Shown here piece after piece: positions 27,193 to 41,813 of a stretch of 64,000 nucleotides of DNA (position 1 is the first letter of the stretch; each line of letters begins with the position of its first letter). This DNA comes from Octopus vulgaris (taxonomy: Eukaryota), in contig OX597816.1 of the NCBI GenBank assembly GCA_951406725.2, positions 29,326,001-29,390,000 on the forward strand. The letters run 5' to 3'. The notes under the pieces were generated by a model. It ran no database searches. It had not been told where the DNA came from and saw only the letters and a list, made by a program, of their open reading frames with translations. The translations under genes and the position numbers were made by a program.

Positions 27193-29171
27193 CTGTTTCA
27201 ACACACGATTTCACATAAAAAACCTTACACAAAAAATATATAAACCTTCTAAGAATGGCTTTGATTAAATACCGGAATCTTTTGATAGTATTCCGCACAC
27301 ATATATTATAGAAACACTAGCAGCCTGAACAAGGTGGCACCAAGATAAATACTAAATCCATCTCCATTAGAATAAATATTTCAAAGATGCTCTCTCCACT
27401 CCTTTTCTCTCTTGCCTTTGACTTAAATGCTAAACAGAACTGAATGTGGATACAACTGATATGATATATCAGCCATCTCTTTTATATAGATCAACCATTT
27501 CTTGTATATGGATATTCTCAGAAAGTATGCTGCAAATGATAAACAACTAGAAGCATTACTACTGATATTCCATGGATTTACCAAAGGAATGAATATGAAT
27601 TTCGATTTAGAAAAATGTTCCGACGCTTCATTGAAAAGACGAAAACTAGTTAAGGATATCACACTGGATAAAGGAGAGGAAATAAGAAAACTATTCGAGA
27701 CCCACGCATAGAAATATTTAGGAATCAATGAGCTTGATGATGTACGACACACAAAGGAAAATGGATATAAGGAAGAAAATTATAGACGAGTTAGATTAGT
27801 ACCTAGCAGATAGATCTTTGTCATATATAAGAATGTTTATCAAAACTCAAACTTTCTTAGTTACAGTATTCTTATTTGGACAGTAAATGATCTAGCAAAA
27901 GTAAACTGGTAAAGACGAAAAATGAGGATGGGATTTGGAATACACCATTCAAAATCTGACATAGAAATGTTATATACACAATGAATTGAAGGTGGTAGAG
28001 GCCGAATAAAATTAGAAAATTACTATATAATATTCAGAATGGGAATACAGAAATATGTCAGACTGAACCAAGGAAACCTGCTATAAATAGCCACAAGGAA
28101 TAAGCAAAACAAAAAGCTGTTCTCCGTTTTCAAAGAAGCCAAGAATATAGGAAGAAGAGGTGGTCATAATAACGGACAAATACGAAGAAAATGAGCTAAC
28201 AAGAAAAGCCGTAAGGGAACTAGAATCGAAGCTTAAAACTGCCGCAACAGAATACTATGGTAAAACGATGGCAAGAAAACCTAACATGGCAAATACTGGG
28301 ATCAGCTAAATTAAGTATGTTTAGAGAGCATACCGACCGTTACGAATATATATATAACATACAGAAGATGACACAGCTATGCATTGTTCACATTCTATAT
28401 CAAACACATGCTTTACAGTAAGAACGATAACACCAAAACTACCCACATCACATATTCAAGCCACACAGAACTGCGCTCGTAAGCGTAATGAAAGCATGTG
28501 ATTGAAAGAAAACTATTGGGTTATATTGTGTTGAATTAAATGTTTCGCCATATTTTAGCAAATTATTTGATTAATTCATCAAGTTACATCAAAAGCAGCT
28601 TAGCATTCAAAGTTGCAGCCATCGTTTTGCACCGTCAGAGGCCACCTTTCTGCTTGATATCTAATCCCAGACTCATACCGATTCTTGGCCTTCGTTTGGT
28701 TCATGAATCGTCTTGAGCACAGAAAGTGGGCGAGCTACGGATCGGCAAATGTCTCACGGTTCATGGATTACTTTGACTGCTACAGTTACTTGCTCTCGCT
28801 GTCACTGTCCAGCCTACAGTTCTATGAATGGGAATTTCTGGAATATATGACCCAAAGTATGTCATCAATGATTTGTGTATAGTTCTTTTGACACTTTAGC
28901 ATCACAATGTGGATATAGTTATTTCCACCCTTCCATTATTTCTCGCTGATAATTTAATTTAATAATAATCATTTCCTGTCTTTCTCTTATGATTTTTAGG
29001 GATCTAAAATAATTCCCCGGCGCTGTTCTACTCTAACCAATCACTTAATCACTTGAAAGACATCATAAGTGACACTCGTTAAAGTGGACAACGGTGATTT
29101 TGATAGAAATACATAAAGACATATACAGTTTCACTGGAATACTCTCCATCTCGTTATCGGTTGACTTTGAC

Positions 29172-29221
29172 TCAGAATAATGTGATGTACTTTGATTCCG
29201 AGTACATCACATTAACTCTGA
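29172..29221. other. Isolated near-perfect hairpin (pre-miRNA-like candidate)
   Basis: taatgtgatgtact (29178-29191) is the exact reverse complement of agtacatcacatta (29201-29214). The loop is 9 nt and the stem extends with tcaga/tctga. Confidence refers to its being functional. Confidence 0.35.
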
Positions 29222-29589
29222 ATATATTAGTTGACACACGTTAAATTGCAAATTACTTGGACTCTCTCTGGCAGATAATCTTGTTATCGATCACCTTTCC
29301 AATTGTCATGATGTCTAATTTAACTACTGCGGTGCAAATTAAAACCAAGAATGAAAATAATAATATGAATGAAAATAATATTAAATATGAATAATATGAA
29401 TAATAATGAAAATAAGAATGAAAATAATAATAAAATCAATAATGAAAATAATATTTCTATTTGTAAATAGAAATATAATCGTAATATAAAATGTGTTCAT
29501 CGAGAATGCTTGTGTTGTACAGGTATGGGAAAAAATTTAGAAGATGAATGCTAATTAAACCAATTCTTGGTAATGAGTTTATAACCTTA

Positions 29590-29971
29590 CTAGCAGTATC
29601 GCCCGGGGTTGCTCAGGTTTGTAAGGGAAATAACTATAAAGCATTTTTAGAGAGTTATAGCCAAAAAACAGCAAAAAATGGGAAAAAATGATGGTAAATT
29701 TTTTTTGATAGTTAAAAAAGGTGGAGTTGCGTCCCCTACACAGTTTGTGGTTTGTGTTCCTGATTCTCGACCCCATGTCGAATTTATCGATTTTTTCAGA
29801 ACTGGGGGAACTTTTCAAAATTTTCGCTGCGTTAGTTTTTAATTATGACATTGGGCTATGTGTGTGTCAAGTTTCATCAGAATCGGTTGAAAGCCGTGGT
29901 CAGGGTGAGGGTACAAGCAAACAGACACACAGAAACACGCACAGACAAACTGCCGTTTATATATAGAGAGA
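29590..29971 (-). mobile_element. Non-autonomous Helitron, second subfamily
   Basis: Minus strand reads A|TCTCTCTATATATAAAC...CCTGAGCAACCCCGGG..CTAG|T. The 3' end is shared with 2398-2910 and the interior differs. Confidence 0.8.
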
Positions 29972-29999
29972 TTTAAATTGGCAACGAAAAAAAAAAGAC

Positions 30000-30182
30000 A
30001 GCGAATCACGTCATTTCGTCTGTCTTAATGTTCTACCTTCATATACCACCGAGGTCGACTTTGCCTTCGATCTTTTCGAGGTCGATGAAGTAAGTACTCG
30101 TTGAGCAAGCAATAAGATCAATGTTATCAACTATTTCCCCGGCCCTAAACGTCAGGCTTTTTACCTCTAATAGAAAGGATTT
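30000..30182 (+). mobile_element. SINE family B, diverged
   Basis: catttcgtctgtc and accgaggtcgactttgccttcgatcttttcgaggtcgat core. Confidence 0.65.
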
Positions 30183-30304
30183 TTAAAATCAATTAAGTAA
30201 TTATTATTTATTGCTTAATCATAAGCTTTCGCTAATCGAAGTGTGTCAGTCATTAATAGTTCTCTTGTTTAAATTGAAATATACCGAGGCCCCTTAGTCT
30301 GCTA

Positions 30305-30503
30305 TTGGAACAAGGTCTGAAATTTTGTGAAACGTTACTAGTCGATTATATCATACCTATTCTCGACTTGTACTTATTAGATAGACCGCGAAAGTTCAAG
30401 GGCAAATTTGACCGTGGTGGCATTTGGGCTCAGAACTTAAGGACGAAAGAAATGATGATAAGTATTGTGTCCGGCGTGCAAACGATTCTGCCTGGTCGCT
30501 GCC
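30305..30503 (-). mobile_element. SINE family B, old
   Basis: Degenerate reverse copy of the core and head (ggcatttgggctcagaac..gacgaaa..ccggcgtgcaaacgattctgcc). Confidence 0.55.
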
Positions 30504-30746
30504 TTCCTACACGTTATCATTAAAGGTGATAAGATTGCGTGCGGAAATGGTTCATTTGAAGTATTAGCGTACTGTTGATTAACAAAGCATTTTAAAAACC
30601 AAACTATTATGGTTCGAATTCTGTCCTGTAAACTTCATTATTAACTATCTATTTCTTACATGGTTTAGGGAAATAATAGTTACATTAATGTAATATTCTT
30701 CAGTAAAGGACAATCCTATGGTAATGTCTTCATCGTTAGCATATAA

Positions 30747-30927
30747 TATTGGTCACAAATGTTGGCACACGACCAGTAATTTCGGTGGGAAAGGTTAGTC
30801 GATTATATCGAGCCCAATTATCAACTATTACTTATTTAATCGATCTGCAGAATTTGAACGCAGCACGGACAAAACGCCGCTAAACAATTTTGTCTGGCAT
30901 ACTATCGATTCTTCATGTTTTCCGCCT
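30747..30927 (-). mobile_element. SINE family B, old and internally deleted
   Basis: ttagtcgattatatcgagccc..gaatttgaacgcag..ccgctaaaca..gattct. Confidence 0.5.
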
Positions 30928-31445
30928 TTTGTAGGCCAATAACAATAACAGGACTGAGGCATTGTGAAATTTAGCCTAACCTGACATTTGTCTCTTCTTC
31001 CTTATATGTAATTCAAATCACTAAAATATATTCTGTCTATTTTACCGTTAGCGACGATATGCATTTTTAAAATGAAAAACCAATAAGTTGGCTGCGAGAA
31101 GACCTTTTATATGTCTGATTCTTTTCCGTTCGTTTCCTTTACATTCATTTTAATCAATAATTTAGCCAGTAATTTATTGCTGGAAATATGTCATTACTTG
31201 ATTTATTACAATATAAACAGAAAATATTAAAAAGCAGAAATGAAGTAACAGTAGTAAAGAACAGTTTCTTTTTTCTGATATAATCAATTTGTATTACACT
31301 CATACATTATTAAAAAAAATATGTGATAAAAAAAACGTCCATTACTGTTCTTAGGCGCTTGCAAATATTTCTTAATTTTTATGATTTACTAACTGCAGCA
31401 AATATTAATATCAATATTACCAGTTGAAAGTGTGGGAATAGTTGA

Positions 31446-31503
<58 letters not shown>

Positions 31504-31526
31504 CATGCACACACATGTATATATAA

Positions 31527-31576
<50 letters not shown>

Positions 31577-31679
31577 AAAGGGCTTAGTAAAATAAATTAC
31601 TTTGCCGCATACTGAACTCATATATACATACATACACACACGCAAACACATACAGAAACACACGCGCGCATATATCTAT

Positions 31680-31890
31680 ATACTTTAACCTGATGGTGCT
31701 ATGTTTTATTGGGAAGCCATACTACTGTATTACACTATATACTGGTATCGATGTAGCGACGATTGAGATTTTGTCTAGGTAAATCTACCTAGGTCGTAGA
31801 TTATTCACATGTGGGTTGTACATTTATTTAATGTTCATCCTACAAGTAAGATGGATTTTCCTATGTTTGCCGACCGCTAACATTTTGCCA

Positions 31891-31970
<80 letters not shown>

Positions 31971-32335
31971 TGAAGATTTACTATAGCTTCGTATATTATC
32001 GACTTCTATTTCCCGTAAATATAGGTTCATTGATGTACCACTATGTATTTATACTTTAATCTGATGGTGTTTTGTTTTGCTGGAAAGCAATACAGCTCTT
32101 CTGCACTATTAAGTTTTTCTTTGAAAGTTTTTTCGCTGTCCTCAGTCAGTTAACGGCTACGCGTTTCAGACGTGTGTATACTGGTATTGATGTAGTAGCC
32201 ACGTTTGAGATTTTGTCTAGGTAAATCTAGTCCGATGAGAAATAAGGAAATTTACGTTAACAAATATAATTTGGAAAGTTCGAAACCACATATGGGTTAT
32301 ACATTTATTTAATGTTCTTTCTGCAAGTAAAATGA
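31680..32335. repeat. Two diverged direct copies (~31680-31858 and ~32051-32335) of a repeat with PLE-terminus features
   Basis: Shared atactttaa.ctgatggtg, tatactggtat.gatgtag, ttgagattttgtctaggtaaatcta, and tgggtt.tacatttatttaatgttc. The second copy contains hammerhead-like cores. Confidence 0.55.
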
Positions 32336-32589
32336 AAATGTTAGTGCATTCTTGTACCATTATCTTACATATATATATATATATACACCACTGGTTTTTT
32401 AAGCTATTTGCAATATAGTGTAGGATCTGTGAAATCTATTGAACACGTCTTATAGTAAAATTATGCACAATAACTTCTCTCACTCTTGATTCTAAGAAAT
32501 AATGTTATTGATTCACGATTTACATTCCATCGTATATAGCGATTGATTGTTCGTTTAGCTGAAAAAGGAATTATGTTATATCAAACTAT

Positions 32590-33030
32590 AGCTCAGTTAT
32601 AATTATTAATAGGGAGACAATGATAAAGAACTACAAATTGAAGTGAAACTTTGAAAAAGGTATGTAGAAGTAAAACGCGAAGTAAAATAAGATGACGAAA
32701 TAGAAGTAAAGCAAGATATGTGAAGTGGAAAAATAAGCCGAAGAGCATGAAGTGAGAGAAATAGATAAGAACAAAGAAAAGGGATGTGAATGAGAAGAGT
32801 GTAATGAAATTGTGGTCTCCGTAGAAGAAATAATGAGAAAAGAAACGTTTGAGGGAACGAATATGAAGAAGAAAACGGAGTTGTAGATGATGTGGAGAAA
32901 TAATTTGAAAATACAGTGGTATAATTATTTTGGTATGCATTTGGTAACTGAGTATTTGAATATAGAAACGGACTATAAAATTTGGAAATGTATATATTAA
33001 TTGACATTTGCCATTGGAAAGTCACATTTT
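32590..33030 (-). mobile_element. Possible decayed PLE 3' region
   Basis: Purine-rich tract like 20760-20950, preceded on the minus strand by IYISKFYSPFL, similar to the PLE C-terminal YFI.KFKP.LN motif. Confidence 0.3.
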
Positions 33031-33190
33031 ACTACAGATCTAAATGCAATAAATCACCGCAAAGTACTGATACCGAACACCACATAGGTAATTTCCAATA
33101 AACTAATTTGACTTTCCAGTGTCTTAATTTTTTTTTTAACTTATCAATTTTTAATATAAACTTTTTAATTCATTAACAACACACACACAT

Positions 33191-33239
<49 letters not shown>

Positions 33240-33329
33240 TACCTATGTGTATAAGTACATAAGTATATAATAGTGCATATGTACATTTATATATATGTGC
33301 ATCCATAAATATATGTATACATAATTTTT

Positions 33330-34240
33330 TTCTCTCACTGATTCAGCATTCCCCACTATCACTTTAGCTGCTATAATAAATGCCTACATTTATTTTTAGT
33401 AACTTCACCATCATATCTTATTGTACTTCTTTTCTTTTTGGGGGTTTACTACTCACTTTTAGTACACCCCATCACCATTTTCTTTGCTTATCTCTCCACC
33501 TTAGTTTCTTTCAAACATATAACACCACCTCCCACTTGTCACACATATTCCTTCCTTACATTCTTATCTCTTTCTTTCATTCTTGCATTCTTTCTTTCTT
33601 CTTTCCTCCCCTATCCCTTTTGACGAATACCATTTTCCCTCTTCTAACATTCATATCTATTCTCTTCTTTCTATCAACGCACCCCTATCAGTACTTCCTT
33701 AAAATTTCATTCACACCACAAGGCACCTCTGAATGACCAGCACATAGAATTAATGTATCCACGCTATACATTTGTAATAACAAAATATGAACTCCTATCG
33801 GAATTTACATATCATGACGGAGAAGCCTTTCTACCCGTTCTACACAAAACTTTCCTTGGATAATGGAACTGCAACTGTAACATCCAACATATATTTTTAT
33901 CTTTATTATCTTATTTCCCTTTATAATTCCTATATCTATCACATCTTTCAATGAACTCTACTATTACCCTCTATTTAACTCCCTCATATCGTCCCTGATG
34001 AAAGGATAGCCCTCATATCCCTGCACCAGCTGTAAAACTACCTTTCTCCTTATAAATGTCCTAGAAATGTCACACCGCCTTGGCTTTATTGTCTTATTTT
34101 ATTTAACATATACATGCTCACACACGACCCGCATTGGATTTCTCACTCATACTATTATCGAACCAGGAGTATAACTACGGTCCTCCCGGAGCTCTTACAT
34201 AGCCTTACCTGCAATTTTGGGTATTCTGGATACCAGAACC
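33330..34240 (+). mobile_element. Decayed PLE terminal region with a degenerate hammerhead core
   Basis: Pyrimidine-rich tract, then gtccCTGATGAaaGGATAgccctcaTATCCctgcacCAGCTGta at 33991-34033. Confidence 0.45.
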
Positions 34241-34349
34241 TCTTATATACTCATATAGAAATACATATATTCATGCACACATCTGTATCTACGAAGGTAT
34301 AATAAAAGAAAGGAAATAACTCTCGTTTTCCTAAATACAATAGCAGTGA

Positions 34350-34350
<1 letters not shown>

Positions 34351-34421
<71 letters not shown>

Positions 34422-34441
34422 CAGCAGCTGTAGCAGTAGCA
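34351..34441 (+). repeat. (GTA)n/(GCA)n microsatellite
   Basis: Direct reading. Confidence 0.9.
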
Positions 34442-35249
34442 ATCTCATGATCAAGGTGCTTAATATAATGAAGTACGGCAGGGGTGAAAAGGATATGAAA
34501 GTAAGCTGGTAAAAAAACATATGCATTGATTCTCTTTGTATTCATACAATAAATTTAATTCGATGAAATAAATATCATGCTTGACTGGTATTGACTTTGA
34601 ATAGCTTTCACTTCATACCTCACTGTAAAACAAAAGCTGTACATTATTGACAGTTTCAACAAAAAGCGGTGAGAATAAATGGAAACTTACAGAAAATATA
34701 ACTTAATATCAATTATTATCTGGTACCGATGTTGCAATATTTCTTTTGGTTAATATCTTGTTTTTCTTCATGAAAGAAACAGATGAAAGCCTCAAATGAT
34801 GGCGTTGCATATAATATTGTAGTGCTGAGTGAATCTTTTCACGTCTTTGAGAAGTATCCGAATCCACTATAACAAGTACAAACTAGAGGACGCATTGGAT
34901 AATATTCTTACATAGATTATGCTATGAAAATAGTGAAATACTTGAGGTTTAATGACAGAGCTAGAATAACTTTCATCATATCAGGAGCGAACTGAGCTCA
35001 CTGAACTAAAACGCCTAAATGTTCACAAGCACTGGGTGTTAGTTCAGCATTTTCTTACTAACACTGGTATTTATTATGTTGCGTGCTTGAAGACATAGTT
35101 GAATCTCTAGTAACAATGGAGTGAGTGTTTAACTGACTGCAAATAGATAATCCACATCATACATCAAATACATTTTCTCATATTCATTCAACCATATATG
35201 CATACATAATGATATACGTGTGGGTATACATATAGGCATACATACAGGG

Positions 35250-35975
<726 letters not shown>

Positions 35976-36022
35976 AATAATAAATCTTTGAACGAGGTAT
36001 AAACAGTAGCTACACGAGAATT

Positions 36023-36207
36023 TGAAGTATATTTGCCATCTAAATATGGCTAACCACTAAGGGTGAATGTTACTGTAGCTTGCAAATACCGATAGGGCAC
36101 AAAAAGTGTGTCAATAACCAGCTGGAGAACACGTTCTTTAGGGGCTACATGCTACAGTAACATTTACCCTTAGTGGTTAGCCACATTCAGATGGCAAATA
36201 TACTTCA
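36023..36207. mobile_element. MITE or fold-back element with ~62-bp inverted arms
   Basis: tgaagtatatttgccatctaaatatggctaaccactaagggtgaatgttactgtagcttgca (36023-36084) versus the reverse complement of 36146-36207 shows about 5 mismatches. Confidence 0.78.
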
Positions 36208-38324
36208 CATATATATACATGTATTTGTCTAAATATGTGTATATAGATATATGTATGGAAGCGTGCATAGAATCACACTTGTAATTACCTACTTTGACTA
36301 TCTACACATAAGTTACGTGCAATTTAGAGGGGAGTATGGAATGGTCTGATATTCAAGCTAATGCAAGTGCATTGCTTGCGTAAACCAAAATAAATTAATT
36401 TTAATGATGTAGCAATTTCATTTTGAAAGCACAGCTTCCAAGAATGTTCGGTCCTTTATCGACCACTTTAGTTCAAGAATAAATATTAGATACTTTATAC
36501 TAGTTCATTTAGCAAAGATATGGGCACTGAATTCACTTCATAGGGGATTTGTTTATATAGCTGCTGCTCGGACCAGAAGATCATGAAATAGGCAATTAAT
36601 TTCGCATCGTTGATATCGCTAGTTATCGCATATGATTATTGAAAGAGACCGAATATGGAAGATGCAGGAATATTTATTAATCCCAACAACTGCTTGGAGC
36701 ACACAACTCCAACTTTTGCAACTGATTTTTATTGAATTTCTATAATAATGAAATTGTATCCCTTAATTTGCTGCTTTTGTATACACATACCGAGACGTAA
36801 GCTTGCAGAACAGACGTTAGTTTAACAAGATAATCTTGTAATCACTTGAACAGACACATCTACACCGACAGATGCAACTAAACCTGTAGTTTAGTAGTTC
36901 ACCTGCGAGGGATCGTTGCTAGATGGGTCGAATCAGTTATTGTGATCAATAAAATTTTTCGTACTTTCGATATTCAGTCTCTCTCATTCATCAAATCTCC
37001 AACAAACTCTGTGAAAGCGAAGGTGCTTTACCTGTAAGCTATCCGGGTGTATAACATTCGATTTATTATCTAATGTTATTTGACTCAGGTGAAAACATAC
37101 ATGACAGAATTTTGCAAACCTGAAACCATACTGAATATAACCTATGTCATTATATAAATTACATTTATTTTAACAGCCTTATGGGAATATCCAGTACATT
37201 AATTCCGTCTGAAATAAAATATATGGCACACCAGACTACTCACAACATGAGCAACTAGACTACCTGGTGTTATATAATGCCAGTTACATTTGATGTGTCT
37301 GTATTTTCAGTATCAAATTTAATAACAATTTATTTTAGGCAAGCTATAAAATGAAGCTTCCTAGTGTAAAATATCTTAGTTAAATAGCTCAATTATATGT
37401 CGTAACATTTTGTTATATTTCCAGAAATACACATTAAGTAATATTTTGGAATTACACACCTTTAGAAGAATAGATGATAATAGGCATAACAATTTTAAAA
37501 TAGTGTAATATATGCAGTTCCGTATCAGAAATTTTGCTATAAAAGAGAGACGCTTAATAGATGTTACATAAGGAGAGGGCGTAATAAAACACGGTGATAA
37601 ATGTCAAATCTATTACGAAGCAAAACAATGATAGGTGCTAATCGTTAAATAACTTTTATAATTTTCGTGTAGATGGTGAATAAGACAAGATCTAAATAAT
37701 TTTGTACAAAATACTGTGTATAGCCTACAAGATGCACTAAAAGATATTGAATTACAAAAGATGTTTATCTCGTAGTTTCAAGCTCAATGCCTCTCAGTAG
37801 TTCATTGAGAAACTCTTTAGTATGATATTCACGGGTTAACTGAAACCTTTAATTTTACATTGTGTGAGGAAAACCATTTTGAAACCAATACTGTCGCTTA
37901 TGTGGGCATTAGGCAGATTTCATGTATCTGATTCAGATCGCTAGTCGGGCTATAACTGCCTTCTTGTCACACGTAATGTAGATGAGTTGAACGCCACTGG
38001 CATTTCTCTTTCAGTTCGAAGTGATTTTGTGTAAACGAAAACAATTACCTTCCCATTCCTATGTCGCAATCACTTTATGATTACCTCACCTACTTTTTAG
38101 GTATTGTAAGATCTTTTATATTTTGATGATTTCAGGCAGCCAGCATTTTTCTATAATTTTACTGATGGAAGCCTTAGTAAAATGGTACTTGTACTTACTA
38201 AAGATACTTATTTTGAAACTGTAACTCGATCAGATATTTCTCGTTTTTATACACATGAGTGGAATTAATCTGTATATGTGTGTGTATGTCTGCTTGTATG
38301 TATATGCATGCATATTAGTAAGAG

Positions 38325-38495
38325 CAGTATCTTGGCGGAATCAGTACAGCATCAGACAAAGTGCTTTGCAATATTTCTTCCGGCTCAACGTTTTAAGTTC
38401 AAACCTCATCCTGGACAACTTTGCCTTTCATCTCGCAGAGAAGGAAAGGATCAGTCCAGTAACGGAGTCAATAGTATCGATTCACCTACTTCACC
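38325..38495 (+). mobile_element. SINE family B, old
   Basis: ttggcggaatcagtacag..aagttcaaacctc..actttgcctttcatc. Confidence 0.55.
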
Positions 38496-41400
38496 ATAAT
38501 TTAACACAACTATATCAATAATACTAGCTACTATGAACACTAAATCTACCAACTACCATCTTACATGTAACCATAGTAACAAGGAATAACATCATCTTTA
38601 ACTGGAGACACTGTTTTTATGCTTTAATTAAGTTTGGTTCGCACATTATCCACATTCTACATCTGGTCAACTATGCTGCACTTTATGAAGCGGGGCTCTA
38701 TAAACTTGCTTTAAATAGATTCTTGATCAGTGAGAGTTTTTAATGAATATCTCAATGACTTTATTCAATGTTTCTTACCTAGTCATTAACATATTCGCAG
38801 TTGCTGGATTTTGCCGCAATAATGAACTACTAAGTGAATCATTAGGAATCAATTACCAAAGACGAATTTGAATGCAATTCATACTAAGTAACCAGACGAA
38901 GCCGATGTTAGTCTCTTTACCTTCTAGGAAAGACAAATAAACCGTACTAAAACCTCACCTTACTATCTTTAAAATCTTTAAGATTAATATAACCCGATAT
39001 TGCTCAGAGTACACTATAACTACAAAAATAGACGAGATACAGTTTGAATGACATTCGTAAAGATGGCCTAGATAAAGGTCCAATCGAGGTTAAACACCTC
39101 ACACAACAAAAACTCTAACAAATTTGTGTTTAAATACATACTTTGCCCTTTGCATTTTGTCGATACACGGAATGAACTTCTGCTTGGCATCGTGCAACGC
39201 AGATCTTTTTTCTACATTTCTATGAATCAGGTAAATCTTTGTGTAAAAAAGTAAACGCTATTAAATTATTAAAGCAATTACTAACAAATAGCCACGTCTG
39301 TGAATTCAAAACATCAAAATTACCAAAAAAAAAAGCATGCCGTCGACATCAAAGGAAATCCTTTCAGATGCTTTCAAAGCGCATATGGACATTTCAGAGT
39401 TAATTATGTAGTGAGAATATCGAAAGTTCTATAAACCGATTCATTTCAAATTGCTATCATTACTATATTCATGATAGTTGTTATTCCGAACAAACCTCAT
39501 AATCTGTTCAAAGAACGTGGCATTGAATGTTGAAGTTACCAAATTGTGTTCAAAGTCGCTGTTTTCATGGAAATGTCATGCACATTTTGTAAAGTTCCAT
39601 CGTTATTCAGACTGTGGCTTCGTCTGAGACACGTACAATAAATGCAAAATATTTTCAGACACGTACAATAAACACTGAGATTTATTTTATTTTGTTAATC
39701 GTCAACATTTTCAGACGTCTCTCATTTTCTAGTGATTGTTCTCAAATATAGTCCTCCTAATTATATTACTATTTTCCTGACCTCTCATTATATTTATAAG
39801 TATGAGGACATTATTAAGGAACAATCGCTATGTATTATGTATGATACTGCAACAAAGTATTTTTAGATTTGTGTTCAGGATATATCTCAGTTACTGTGCG
39901 TGAACGTATTCACAAAGATATTACTTGTGTGTTTCTGTATGTGTATCTGTGCGTGTTTGCTCATGTGTGTATGTGTATATGTGTATATGTGTGTGCGCTT
40001 GTGTGTGTGTATAGGAAAAAGATACGTAATTATGCACAAATATATACATTAGGTTACGCATTGTATGTAAGCTGAATTTACATAGATTACAACTATTAGC
40101 TTCTTGTTCACTGATTGTCCATCAATCAATGTAATGAGATAACTTCGTATGTGCATATAAGGTATGAGTTTTAAGACCATTGACAATACAAAACTATTCT
40201 ATGTAATCAATATATTAATGGCTGACTCTATCCTTCGGTTAATCAACTCAACGACGGAAATTGTGTTTTTTTTCTAATGAAACACACATGCATAATATTC
40301 TTGTATAGATTACGGGACTATGCCATTTTCAGTTGCTAGATAATTCTAAATATTCGGAGAGTTATTTCTTGTTAAAACAATATAAATATCAATTTCGCCG
40401 TTCTGTTCAAGATGGATCTTTTATAAAACTTTAGATTCGTTTTTCCTGAAAGAGTAGCGTCTGAACCCTATGTACACTATTTTATAATGCATTGCATGTT
40501 GTATCATATTCTAAACAATTTTATCATTTTAAATACCTACATACTTTCCTCAACCTACATCCAAACATTTTCGGAAATTTTCAAAGAATGATGATCAGAT
40601 TGCATGTCACATTAAATTTCTGTTGCAAAAATATTGTTGCTTACTAAACGATCAATTGTAAATATATTTACCGTGATAACTATTGATTTTAATTTATATG
40701 AATTACTTAATTTGGAATTTATGAGATTGAGGCACATGTGTATGACATATTCTGTGCCAAAATGTCTGTGAACTGTTTTTAATATTTTTAATGTTTTCTA
40801 TCTGCGTTGGAAAATTATGCTCACACCTGAAGTGAAATTTAATATTATTTCTATTAAACATTTTACTGATATGATATTTTAGAAAGTATATATCTAATAG
40901 AAAAAAGATGTTTAGTGATACATGTACACTCATTAAAACTGAATGGAGCATTGATCCAACTCATATTTTTGTACTTAATAAATCAATATATAATATAATA
41001 TACTTTATGTCGCAATACGCTTCGTTTTAACACTTCATCGTAGTAAATGGAAACGTTATTAAAGGAATAAATATCTATTGGCTGAAATGCTAGATACTCG
41101 TATACTAATAATGTTTTGTAAAGTATTAATTAAACGGGTAGTTTTAGGAGATAACTATGCATTCTATCTTTTCATTTTTTTTCTCAAAACCATGAGTAAC
41201 AATTTGTTTTAAGATTTATGATATTATCTTGAAAATTAACTATATGTAAATTTGCTTCAACTGATTTCCTCTAGGTTTACGTTTGGTAATTAATAGATAT
41301 TGATTTATTGTATTCGTATAAGATACTATGCACCGCTAATGTACTGCATCTGTATTTTTATGACCATATGTATGCATGAATGTATATGTGTATATATATA

Positions 41401-41813
41401 TAAAATTAATAATACGTTTTAGATTGTATCACGATTTATAGATTCTTTTTGTTTAAGCCTGGCTAAGTTCTGATCGAGAAAACCAATAATATTAAATACA
41501 CTTGTTTCTGTTCCTGTTCAGTCCTCTGTGCACCATGTGAGAAGATGCATTTTTCTATCGACACGATTTGTGAGTAAGCAGTGCTTAGCAAGGCTTCTGT
41601 GGAATTCGAATTAAGAAGCTGCTTTTGATTTGATAAGTATATTTCATTGGTCACCTGCTGTCAAATAATTACCCGGCACAAGATGTTTAAGGTAATATAT
41701 GTTGATGCAAGTACACCTTTTGGGTCTTTGGATGGAAAATAACGTATACATTTCGGACCAAAACTGAGACACTAAAATGTTCCTTCATATAATTGATATT
41801 AATGAATAACTAT

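Larger units (their letters stand above)
25100..28517 (+). mobile_element. Old, long R4/Dong-type LINE copy, decayed, with a deletion of the knuckle/RLE and nested insertions
   Basis: RLNDIIYAAANVVTKE, KGKTTLIPKS, ISQRMNRHLEE..LPEEQKGC, LYMDILRKYAANDKQLE, HHSKSDIE, EGGRG and HGKYW. At ~28315 it jumps to the last codons and a 3' UTR matching 61360-61560. The 5' boundary is approximate. Confidence 0.82.

Noticed and set aside
28600-28900. GC-richer patch with ORF 28685-28882
   Set aside because: No convincing motif on either strand. Probably an old TE remnant.
39445-39630. Codon-like minus-strand stretches (RSHSLNNDGTLQ.. and FHENSDFEHNLV..)
   Set aside because: Short, in different frames, and with no homology I can recognise. 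Needs RNA-seq to be taken further.
41463-41665. Possible minus-strand exon (ORF 41463-41654 after ttgacag)
   Set aside because: No recognisable domain, weak splice signals and no partner exons.
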